From the NCBI RefSeq assembly GCF_018977255.1, contig NW_024704743.1, forward strand, positions 90,584,001 to 90,648,000: 64,000 bases of DNA. The letters are read 5' to 3'. The stretch is from Callorhinchus milii. Lineage: Eukaryota. Positions 34,279 to 46,300 of the stretch are shown in pieces; positions within the stretch are counted from its first letter, which is position 1, and each line of letters opens with the position of its first letter. A program made the translations under genes and the position numbers. Below the pieces are notes generated by a model. The model ran no database searches. It was not told where the DNA came from and saw only the letters and a list, made by a program, of their open reading frames with translations.

Positions 34279-37200
34279 ACTCACTGATGGTGTAATGGGC
34301 AAATGAAAAGGTGGGTATTTCATAAGGATAAGATGAAATGGACTGAAGGGTATTCTTCATCTGAGCCAATCTTGTGAAAGCATCTTCCTGTCTCAGCTCT
34401 CTGAATTCTTAGGATCCTCTGCATTCTGTCCCAGATTTGACAGTATTTTTTCGTCTTGCCTGCATTGTAGAAAGCCTGTCACCAGATTCATATTTTCGAG
34501 GACTGTATTCAACCAGTGGAAGAAGCCAAGTACCAAATGTGTTCAGTGACGTGAAGAGAAATACGTCTCTGGGAGCCCTGAGGAGAGGATCAGAATTGAA
34601 ATATTATCTCCAATCTGCACCTCCAGCTCATAAACCTCACCTCACTGTCAAATGTCAGGATTATTATTATAAAAAGATTGATAACAATAGGACCCTAACT
34701 TTTAAAATGATTGCCTGTATATATATATCACCTATACTGAAATCACTTGACTGTAGTACATATTGCCACTTCAGACTGAGTTCTGTCAGGTTGTACAAAG
34801 TTCTGGATTTTTATATTTGTTTTTCTAAAGCTCTTTTAGGAACACTGGGCTGACATTGCTCCCTCAACTCATCTCAGCAAGAATGCAGTTGAGTAAACTA
34901 GGGCACTTTTTAGTGTGGGAAGCTGGTTACACAGTGACTAAAGCACTAAAACATATCTGACTTCCAGGCTGCCAATATCACTTTCTGCGTGTTATACTCA
35001 GGAAGTCCTACTGACACCAATTTCACGGAGGAGGACTTATATATCGCAGCTTCTGAGATATATAACCCAGAAGTCAATATTGCATTATAATGAAGTCGCT
35101 CTGTTGTACTGTTTTTCTGACGGAGAACGTATCTGTAGTGGTCCATTTGTCAGTGTTCTTCCAGTCTGTTGTTAACACATTATGTCACCACTGAAAATTA
35201 AAGTACATAACCCAAGCACATTCTCTACAGCTAGTTGCTGCCCCCAGTAAGAGCTGCTGCAACACCTCAGTGCAAAGAAATGTATTTGTTTTCAAAGAGA
35301 AGAACACCACACCGGGGTGCTGGGAAGTAAATGAGTCTTCATGCCATGTGTTACTCACACAGATCAATCAGATTGATATGAATTTACCAGAAGTAAGCTG
35401 GTGAGTAACACAGGAATTCTTTGAGCACAAAATGTATTGACCTGCTTGAAGATCTGGCCAGACGACAAGAATGTGTGAAGGGAATCTATTTGTTGCAGAT
35501 GGGAAATGTAAGCAGAAGAGACATCTGCACACAGCGTGTTCTAACCAATGACTAATTTTACTGCAGACATCAAGTCCCATTTAACTCATATTAATTTGCT
35601 CTTGAAAATGAATTGCGGGGATTTGGATACATCTCAGTGCAATACCTGCAACCAGAAATCTCATATAAGAATGGGGGATTGCAAATGGGATAATCACAGA
35701 CAGATTATGGTCTCGACTTGCACCTTTTGTCTTGTGAATGTTGGATTAATAATAATAATCCTTGCATTTGATATAGTACCTTATCATGTTATAAAAAACA
35801 TCTAAGCACTTTGCAGGATTTACTATGGAATGAAAATATACAGTCAATTCACTTTACAGTATATCCTGTGAAACGTTTTGAGACGTCTCGAAGATGTGAT
35901 AAGGCACTGTATCAAATGCATGTATTATTATTAGTTACTGTATATTTTGCAGGAAAATTCTTAGATTGTGAGATTTGGGGACTCCAGAGCATGTGTTGGG
36001 GTACTGCTACAACAAATATTACACAGCTCCTTATTGTGAACACTGTCTGGTAAGCTTCCTGCTGCTTCTGCAGTTAGAACCATCCTACTCATTAGGGCTT
36101 TGGTTTGATGGGTTGCAGGAGCCAGATGATAGCATTGAGCCAACATTCATTATTGCACCAGAGAATCCTAGCACTGAAGCACTTCCATTAAGGACAGTCG
36201 CAAATTACAATTTACAATTACAATTCACATATGACTTACATGTCAGGCCAACACAGCACCACACAGCTGAATGGGAGCCCAAGCTTGGTAGGTGAGGGTG
36301 GGGGGTGGTTGGGGAGTTGGGTGGCATGGGAGAAGTGACCAAAAGCACAGCCAAAAAAAGATAGGTCTTAGGGTGGATTTTGAAGGTGGGAGGAAGGGGA
36401 TATAGGTAGAGTTCCTGCTCTGTCCCCTTTGGTTTCACATTCCCCACTGTTATTCTTTCATTTAGGAAGTATCTAATGGGTCATGTACAAAAGCTGCATG
36501 GAAAAGTTCATTATAATAAAGATCAAACATGAAAGCCAAAATATACATAAACAGCATTGGAAAACTTGAAGCCACGTCTTAGTATATCTAGCAGTTTGTC
36601 AGTTTTAAGCATGTGTGTAATTCACAACACAAATCAAACAATAATACCACCAACTGCGAGCATGTTCATATGGAAATATGTGCCGATTTTTACAAAGGAA
36701 AAAATCCTCAAGGTAATCTGACTTTCAATGCATTCACAGACAATTTTCAAACCATGGTATCGTTTATAAAAACAGTCTCACTATCAGTGGTGTCTTTCCA
36801 CAGACTTGTGTTATCTAACAAAGTGCCACATTTCCAGGATATTGTGAAATAATGGCATTGACCTGATGTAGTAAATTTACAGAAATGAAGTCCACCCATC
36901 CAATTCCTCTCATCTAACAATACATTTGCTTCTTGCTTGTTGTTAGGACGTTTGGAATCATAAGAGAGAAGTCAAACACAAATTACCAGAACACAAGATG
37001 AAAGAGAAAAGACTCTGGTGTATGGTGCATGTTCTCTTTACAGGTCACCTTGAATTTGCATTGTTAGAGATTATCAGCCTGTCTCAGTTGGTAACATTCT
37101 CACCTCTGAGTCAGGATTTTGAATATACAGTCAAAGGTGACATTCAAACACAGTGCTAGGGGTATGCTGCATTACTATCCATCGAATGAGATGTTGAACC

Positions 37201-37789
37201 AATGTCCCAAGGTATTATTATTAAACACTAGCAATATTTTCCTTAAGTAGCTTTCTTACTTAAAGAAAGAGTTTTAATTTGAGATTCCGTCACACTCTAG
37301 TGCTGTGCGAGGCTGTAAGAGGGAGATTCTGATCTTATGAACCATTTCTGTTTGTATCACACAAGATTGGTTTGAATGAAGCAGGTTCTTTGACCCAACC
37401 TAGCATCCTCCAATTGGAGAGAGGTTAATTGGGAAGTATTCAAGATCAAATGAGTCCTACTTCCAAACTCTGTCTACACCTCATGTGAGAAAGTGACCCA
37501 AATTATAATTGTGTCATGCAACCGACCTGTGCAAAGCGGTCTCTATCTACCTCTTCAAGTGTATCTTATATGCACCCTTATTCATCATTTAATGGGTTAC
37601 AGTAAAAGTAAAGGGTTGGGTAAATGGAACTGAAGAGATTGCTCTTAAAAGAGTTAGTATAGACATGATAGGCCAAATGGCCATCTTCTGGGCTGTAAAC
37701 TTCTATGGTTCTAGTCATAGCATCAAACTGATTCTAGACTAAGTTTAATGGCCTGACCACTCTTCCTGTTCCAGTTGTTAATTACCCTT

Positions 37790-38130
37790 TGATTACCTCC
37801 CTGCCTCTCCGACCTCCTCACTCTCCGATCCACCATCCGGCACCTCCACTTTACTGGCACCGGCTTCCTGCTTGTCCCTTGCACCCTCCACCATCGAAGG
37901 TCATGCTTTCAGCCACTACGCGCCGATGCTCTGGAACACTCTACCTCAATCCCTCCACCTTGCCCCCTCTCAGCCTCCTTCAGGTCCCACCTGAAGATTT
38001 TCCTTTTCAACCGTGCTTATGGCTATCTTCCCCCTCCCCACCGCTGGGAGTCAGGCTCCACCACTGTTAAGCACTCTGAAATGTTACCCTGTGTGGAGGG
38101 CGCTGTATAAGTACAAGTTGTGGTGTTGAT
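37790..38130 (+). mobile_element. L2 LINE 3' fragment
   Basis: ccaccatcgaaggtcatgctttcagccactacgcgccgatgctctggaacactctacc...cacctgaagattttccttttc...gggcgctgtataagtacaagttgtggtgttg. Confidence 0.8.
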
Positions 38131-38483
38131 TTGCCTTTGACCATCTGCCTAACCACAAATAACATTGTTTTGCCACTAACAGCTGAAAAAAAATCTCTGG
38201 GCTTAATCTTGTGCAAATTCCAGTCTTGTTTCTTGTTAGTTTTCTGTAAGTATTTCCTGACAGGCAGGTAATCATTAAATACTTTTTTACCGGATGAAAT
38301 TGTACAAGTTATACTCAAGATATTTTAATACTGTGGCCCTATTGTGGCCTTTATTGTAGGGCTGATAGGGCTTCTATTTTACAGGATGAAATCATACAAT
38401 TTATACTCTTGTTATTTAAGTTTAAAGTGAATTATCTTGCTTTTTTCCCCCAATCTGCAGTCCAATGACATCATGGTCTGAAT

Positions 38484-38910
38484 GATAATAATCCTTGCAT
38501 TTGACAGAGTGCTTTATCTGGTTGTGAAAGAGCTTCACAAGATTTACTGTAAAAGTGCATTGACTGTTTGTAGATGAAAGCGACAGCCAATTTACACACA
38601 ATGATGACCTACAAACAATCATGGAGTGAGTGACCGTTTTTATCTGGGGAAATGTTGGCCAGGACACTGGGAGAAACTGCCTTCGCTTTTGAAATAGTGC
38701 CGTGAGATCTTTAATGTCCAAATAAACAGGCAAACAGGATGTCAATTTAACATTTCAACCAGAAGGGTGGCATCTGCAACAATGTTGCTCTGCCCTAACA
38801 CTATATTGAAGTATCAGCCTAGGGTGTGAGTTCAAACTTCCAATGTAGGGCTTGAAACCCCAACTCTTGCCTCAGAAATTAGAGTGCCTCTACCTGAGGC
38901 AGCCTGACAC
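38484..38910 (-). mobile_element. Older Deu-domain-type SINE, full length
   Basis: Tail ataataatccttgcatttg, central tttgaaatagtgccgtgagatctttaatgtcc, head ctacctgaggcagcctgacac. Confidence 0.82.
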
Positions 38911-39011
38911 CTTTACAAACCATTGTAAAATCATGCAATTTTAGATTTGGCAAAATAACGTATTCAATAAACATATGTTTACTATTTCATTTGATGCAAC
39001 TGTATGGTAAC

Positions 39012-39265
39012 AAACATAAGAACATAAGAAATGCTAGTCGAAAAAAGACCAACATCCATCTTTCTGGTGGTCGCATGCACATATGTCCCAAACTTCCTAT
39101 GTACTACATCCCATAATGTTATTTCCAAAAGAAAACCATCTAATCGGTGTTTGAAAGAATCAACACTTCCTGCTTCAACCGTCGCCCTAGGGAGCCTGTT
39201 CCACAGGTTCACTATTCGCTCACTGAAATAGTGTTTGCGTAGATTTGTTCTGAATTTCCTCCCTG
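39012..39265 (-). mobile_element. CR1 LINE 3' end fragment
   Basis: Octamer tail aacataagaacataagaa and ORF NLWNRLPRATVEAGSVDSFKHRLDGFL, a CR1 ORF2 C-terminus. Confidence 0.85.
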
Positions 39266-41269
39266 CAATCGCAGAACAAAGGCCAATTCAGACCTATCCT
39301 TTCCATATTGAGTCCCTTATTTACTCTACATGTCAAAGCTGATATAATTTACGCACAGGTTCACATCTCAATCTGTTTCTACCATTTAGGCAATTCTAAG
39401 CAAACAGTTTAACACTTCAGAAGATAAGCTTTATTCATTGATTTGTATATAGAATGACCCACAAGGACATATCCAGGTCCCACTGCACGACATGTAAAGA
39501 TAAAACACGATTGGTTCCATATTTTCTGAAGTGCCCATGGAAATGTTTAAGTATTAACAGCTGCTGAGCCCTGACCTGTGCTTGTGAATGAGATCCCAGC
39601 TTCGCTTAGAGCCTTGGTATCCCTTTCACCATTTTATAAAATTGAACAAGAAGAAAATTTGGAGCACAGCAGGTTAGGAAGCGTTAAAGCTCATTTCTTT
39701 ATTCAGCTAGAGATTTTCCTGGATTTACCAGTTACTGAGCCCACCTCAGTGATTTGCTGTTACTCTAACAGTGGGTGTATATACATCTGAGCCTCTGTCC
39801 TCCAACAATGGGATTGAAGTTTTTTTTATTTAGTTAGTCGTGTGTCTAACACATGTGGAAACCCATCACCATGTTTAGATGTATCCAAACCAAACTGAGA
39901 TCCGTGTATGCCTCCTACACATCTAAATTCCTGTGTCTAGAACAGAATACGCACTCTCTCCCCAGACGGAATCATCCTGCTTACCTAATTCTAGAAAGTA
40001 TTAGGCACAGGTTGGCAAGAGCCAAGGCTTGGGGACCCCAGAATGTGTGTTAGACATCGCTTAAGCAATCGGTTAAGAACTGGGGTATTGTATAATAATA
40101 CAAACAATTATCATGATAATTTGGTCACTCAATCCACAACTCTTTGTGGGACACTCCTGTGCGCAATTGGCTGCCACGTTTCACCCACACAATATAAGTC
40201 ACTACACGTTACAGTATATTCTGTGAAGTGCTTTCAGATGTCTTGAAAATGTGATAAGGTGCTAATCAAATGCAAGGATTATTATTATTATTATTAGGAT
40301 ACTGCTGGAGTTTAATCAGCTAACACTGCATATCTTGCGATTGAAAGCACTGTCTGGCAGCTTTCCACTGGTTGTCCGGCTCGGATCACCTATCTGTTAG
40401 GGCATTGTTTTGCAGGATTAGCAGGAGCTGAGTGGGAAGATCCCCACCACCAGAATGTGGTATTTGCAAACCAGACATTTTTTATTATCATTATTATAAT
40501 AACAATCACGTGAATCACCAGGACCACCTCCACTAGAGAAATCCAAGATGGGTTTGGATTAAGCCATTGGGCCGGAGTCGGGGGTGGGGAAGGTGCTAAG
40601 TATCATACCTTTTACCAGTGAAGATTGGTTTGTTCTATTTTTGACCAGTTGATAAACTATTCATTAAAGGACAAATATCAATTATGTGAGGCAGCTGAAT
40701 AGAGCAGTGCCCTGCCGTCCAGAGTTCTTGCCTATTATTGTGTAAATAGAGCCAAGTATGAGAGGCCAAGTCTAAAGTTTCATCTTCTGAATTCAGGGTG
40801 CATATACAGCCCTAAATACATGACAAAAATGAATCTGCCATGTTGCTGAGACATTCTTTCATGATACACTGTTACAACTTGCATGAGTGCATCCGGATGA
40901 ATGATGCTGTGTTAAAACATAAGTCTTATTGTCAGCTGCTCTCTTACCAAACAGCCTCTAACCAGTTTATCAAAGACATTGTTATTATTTCTGAACATTC
41001 TTCCACTGCGATTTGTTCCGTTTCAGAAAATTTCAATGTGAAAGTTATACTTAATCACTTCACTACACAGAGCGCCACTTCCCATGGTAAAGTAATTGAA
41101 GGCACTAGATTTTATTGAAGTATTGAAGCATTTAATGCTGGCATTAGGCACTCTTATCTTTTTCTTTGAGTGTTTGTGATACGAGAAAGGGAATTACCAC
41201 CCCAGGATAATGGAAAATATAGACACCGCTAGAGTTTTTAGAAATGTTAACTTTGAACCATAATAATCA

Positions 41270-41876
41270 TAAAATAATAATCCTTGCATTTGATATAATG
41301 CTTTTCATGTTGGGAGCATGTCTCAAAGCACTCCACATGATTCACTGTAAAGTGCAGTGCTTGTGTATGTTGTAGGCAAATGTGGTAGCCAATTTGCACA
41401 CAGCAATATCCCACAAACAGCATGAAGTGAATTTATCTGGGGGATTATTGGAGAAAGCCCCTTCTCTTTTTGTGTAATGCCATGGGATCTTTAACATCCA
41501 CCTGAACAGGCAGATTTAAGGCCTCATCTGGATAGTACCTGGACTTGACACAGTTGACCAGTCACCGGGAGCAGGGATTCTTCTGATTTTGTTAGTCTGC
41601 CAGCTAAAGCCATAACTGAAGGGTCGGTCTGGCTGGTGAAACAGTAGGAAGCTTACTGGACAGTGCTCTCAATGTCAAGTTGCAGTTTTAATTGGTTAAA
41701 ATGCTATAATATCCCATCACATGATCTGGGTCCACAAGCCATGGCTCTTGCCAACCTGTGCCTAAACTCTCCAGGATTAGCCATGTTACAATAGGAAATC
41801 TTTTTTTTAAATTGGGGCTTGAACCCACAACCTTCTGACTCAGAGGAAAGAGTGCTTCCAACTGAGCCTGGCTAAC
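41270..41876 (-). mobile_element. Older SINE split by an unrelated ~280-bp insert (~41530-41810)
   Basis: Tail and body at 41270-41530. The head ggggcttgaacccacaaccttctgactcagaggaaagagtgcttccaactgagcctggc resumes at ~41814. Confidence 0.75.
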
Positions 41877-42964
41877 GTTTAACAGGTTGACAACAACAAC
41901 AAATTACTTTTGTATAGCGCCTTTCACGTCAGGAGGATGTGCTAAGGCATTGGGCAGTCAGGGATATGTTGACAGATGGAAACCCATTGCTTAAGAGTAA
42001 TCAAACCAGTTTGAAAGTTATACATTTGCATGTCAGATACACATGGAAATTTGCTAGAACAGACTGTGCACTCTCTCCCAGTATTCTCCCAATATTAAAG
42101 GACTGCAGACCCACCTAGCTCAGGAACTTGACTACCGAGGACAGACTCAATTCTGACATTCCATTGCCAAACATGTCATTTTATAACCAGCTCAGTTACA
42201 AGCAGACCTCGCTTACCTCCTTCAAGGAGGATAATGATTATCATAGATGAAAATACAAAGAAGAAAGCCATGTCACATTTCTTAGCACACTGATCTGCAG
42301 GTATAGGTAATGGAAAAATATCTGGATGGTATATAATGCATACAAATGCATTAAAAATCCCTAGGGCTACCAGGACGAGCTTTCATTATGCTAACAAAGT
42401 ATACAGTGTATTATTTTAAAGGTGCTTAGATCTGTAAAGGGCTTGAGGGTGAAATATATCATCTGCAGTACTAGGTTCAAAATGTTAACCAGCTTGTCAG
42501 TGCATCGCTGAATTAAATTAACTTCTGGATGATTAACTTTCATCTGAAGTCAACCATTCACAAAGGGGGGTGAAATTCATAGTTTCCGATGGGATTCGCT
42601 TACAGTGACTCAGAGCTGCCAAAGGGAAGCAGCCAGTTACTGGCAGTATTTCAGGTGACTGGCAAGCACTACCAAGGCACTGGAAGTAGATTGTCGGGTT
42701 CCTGTGAAGTGACTGTGATGTACTGCTAGTTACTGCCAATCTTTGACAATAGCAACTCTGATTTAGTAGTGAAACCTGTCAAGAATCACAACTTTTGTGA
42801 CCTCATTTTTTTCATTAATTCAGTCAGTGTTTCTAAAATATTATATGTATATATCAGCACAAATTGATCCATTTTAGTTTACTGCTCATATTTTCAGAAG
42901 AATCTTTAGTTAAAAATAAGTGCTTGGTTTCCTTGTCTTCTCTGGAAGATATAAAATAATATAA

Positions 42965-43330
42965 AATAAAAACAGAGGTCGCTGGGAACACACAGATGGT
43001 CAGGCAGCATCAGTGGAGAGAGAAAATGAGTTAACGTTTCAAGTCTATGATCTTTTGTCAGAACTGGGGGATGTTGGAAGGGAGCAGATTATAAGCACAA
43101 ATAGAAAAGGGGGCGGGGAAGGAAAGATAACGGAAAAATTTAGGTGGAGGACAGAAAATGACAAGATCAGGGGTGTTGATGGTACAAGTCAAAAGAAGGC
43201 AATAGTGGGAGATTATAAAAAGAGAAGATGCGTCTGATACCCATAGGATGTGTGAGTGGTTACAGAAGAAGGGGGTGGGGAGGCAAGGCTGAGAGAAAAT
43301 GGGAGCTCTGTTTAAGGTCTGAATGTGAAT
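42965..43330 (-). mobile_element. Penelope-like element terminal fragment (its continuation is also at 1-270)
   Basis: aaaacagaggtcgctgggaacacacagatggtcaggcagcatcagtggagagagaaaatgagttaacgtttcaagtc resembles, from memory, the abundant chondrichthyan Penelope-type terminus. The minus strand has a hammerhead-like CTGAC.A-stem-GAAAC layout, next to a purine-rich tract. Confidence 0.55.
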
Positions 43331-46300
43331 TGGAATGTCTCTTTTGATTCATTGATCTCAGAAAGCTAATGCATTCCTTTCTCATCTACCCCTCAACCCT
43401 TGATTGCTGACCCAAACTCTTGCACTGACATTTATCATGAAGCAAAAAAAAGTTGTCAAAATGAAAATGCTCTTATTTCAAGGGAAAGTATGCCAAGGAT
43501 GGTGTAACTATCTACATGCCGACTCTTGTACTGGCAGTTGGAAGTTTTGGCAGAGTGGATGCACAGTGTGGTGCACTTAGCTCCATGCGTTGGATTGAAA
43601 TTGAATGAAAAATAATAATAATAGTCCTTGCATTTGATGTAGCGCCTTATCACATAATTGAGACATTCCAAGGTGCTTCACAAAATATACTGTAAAGTGG
43701 ATTGACTGTGTATTTTTGTGGGCAAAATGTAGCAGCCAATTGTGCACAGCAATGTCCCACAAACAGCGTTGAGTTAGTGATCAATTTTATTTGGGGGGGT
43801 TTGTTGCCAGGACACCAGGAGAAGCTCCTTTCTCTATTCAAATAGTGCCATAGGAAGATGGGACCTCAGTTTAATGTCTCATCTGATCTGAAAATATGCA
43901 TTCCATTTCAGAAATGGGAACTTCCATGTGTAAATGGCGTGCATATATGGAACCCTCAGTCTGGTTTGGATCCAGGCACCATGATGGGTCAAACATGTGT
44001 CCGACACCCGGCTGACTAAACAAAATATTCAAGAGCATTGGAAACATCTCCAAGCTCTTCATGGGTAATTACTTTCAAGTGTAGTGACTGTTTCTATAAG
44101 CAAACACAGGAGCCATTTGAGCTCATCAAATATTATGATGAGGTGAATGATCAATTAATTTGTAGGATTGTTGGTTAGGACACTATTTGCTAAGCAAATG
44201 TGTGGAGTCCTGTAGCTCAGTGATTAGAGCACTCGCCTTGCAAGCGAGAAATCTGAGTTCAATTCCCAGCCGGGGAAACCTTGGGCAAGTTTCCTTAATC
44301 TGCACGCCTGATAATAATCCTTCAAGAAAAAAAAACAATAATAAATTGGTCACTTCAATCCACGACCGTTTGTGGGACACTGCTGTGTGCAATTGGCTGC
44401 CGCATTTCACCCACATCTATACAGTCAATTCACTTTACAATATATTCTGTGAAGCGCTTTGAGACGTCTAGAAGACTTGAAAAGCGCTATATCAAATGCT
44501 AGGATTATTATTATTATAAATGACTTGATTAAAAAAACTTTAATCATAATTTATTGGTATTTCTGGCCACGAGAAACTTGACGTGTTTTAAGCAATTGTC
44601 AACTATTGTGACCCAAAGTCCCAACAATATAAGGAATCTCTGTAGGCAAAATAATATTAATTATTCAGTGTCAGTTTGCATTTGCCATTTAGATGTTAAA
44701 CACCAAACAGCTTTGAAGAATTATTATGTTTTTATTGTCATTTTGTCAGTATCTAAATAAAAGCACTGAAATCTCATCTTCTTAGGCCACATATAGAAAG
44801 AAGGTAATAATATTAGGACAGATCTACTCACAGGTGAAAAATATTAAAGAATAAATCACTTAATTGTTCCAATCTGCCATTTCTACTTGTTCGGTGTATT
44901 GACTTCTAGTTTCAATGCGTTCAGTCCTGTAACCAATTTTGTGCTATTTGATTCAATGTTTCTACTTTTAACTAATTCCCTCAGGTTAGATTGACCTCAG
45001 AGGCCAGTCGACCAAATTGTGGAATCTGCAAAATGCAGGAACAACTATTTTAGGAACTTGCTGATAATGAAATTCCGGTTTGCAAATGCTGCGTATTAGA
45101 TTCCACATTATTAAATATAGTAAAGGCTGCAGAATAGTAAATTTGGAATGACTGTAACTGAATACCACATCAGGTCTTTAAGTCCCACTGATAAGTGCAA
45201 TAAATTCCATTTAGAATGGTTTATCACTGGGTACTAATAATACAATTCTAATATGTAATCTTTTTGTATTATTTTATTGATATCCAATTTTATTTCAACT
45301 AGCATAAAACCAATTATAATCAAACTAGCATGGAATCAGAGTGTTCATGCTTCTCTCTCATAATGTTATCATGTTTCTTTTTGCCAGAAAAAGCAATAAA
45401 TTATGATTAAATCAAGCTGTTTGCATAAAAGATTTATTCTCTCTTCACAAAGAATTGAAATGGATTGTATTTTTCTCCAAAGAATTGTTGTCCTTCATTT
45501 TGACCTCCCCCCACCTTCCCCAAGCTGTATTGAAGTCAAACACTTCTCCCTTGCGGTGTTGTGTAAAACAAAACATTACTCATTACAAAACGAGTGACAA
45601 AGGAGAAAAATAATGATTACAGGTTATTTTTTATAAATGTATTTTTTAATTCAAAATGTTTTGACAACAGCCTCATAGCTGCATGCTTTTATTTCACCTC
45701 TGGCAAAGGTGAGTATGACTGTACAACATCCATTATTGTAGCCAGAGTCAGCCTTATGCAACATAAGCCAAACCCCATCGAGACAATTGTTTCTTGCAAT
45801 TCCATTCAGGGAGTGGGGAAGTAGTTGTCTGGGTGTTTCAATGAACTTTGAAAATTGCTTAGCAATAGGAAACAAAAGTCATGGTCAAAGGAAAACGTTT
45901 GTCAAGGCTGTGACTTGTCAGACTGTCACAGTGGTTCTGGGATTTCTCCTATTCACACCATTCAAAAATGATTTTGACGAGAGTGCTTATAGCCACCATG
46001 ACAATAGTGCTTTCGATCTCCCTGCTTCCCCCCCTGCCCTCCACCCTCCACCACCCACCACCCCGACCCCCAGCTCGGGTCTGAAACTCTGTCTGTTCAG
46101 CATCTTGGGACGTCCTCTCGATGTGAAAGACGCTATACAAATGTAACTTAGTTGTTATTATTAGATTGTGATTTCAAATACAATATCTGTAACAGGAGTT
46201 GCAAATAATGACTGTGATTTGCAAATATAAACTCCTGTCAGTAGCCAGAAGTTCTGTTTCAGAAGGAGATGGAGCCTCAGTGAGCTCTTGTGGTTTGACA

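Noticed and set aside
34437..34853. 138-aa ORF
   Set aside because: Non-ATG start, no recognisable domain, and it runs through a SINE-tail-like KCQDYYY stretch.
38067..38318. 83-aa minus-strand ORF with a protein-like composition
   Set aside because: No convincing acceptor or ATG, it ends in an L2 tail, and I recognise no homology.
39985..41782. Inverted ~65-bp repeats as TIRs of one 1.8-kb DNA transposon
   Set aside because: The right copy lies inside an older SINE whose two halves straddle it, and homology extends inward ~200 bp. They are two separate insertions.
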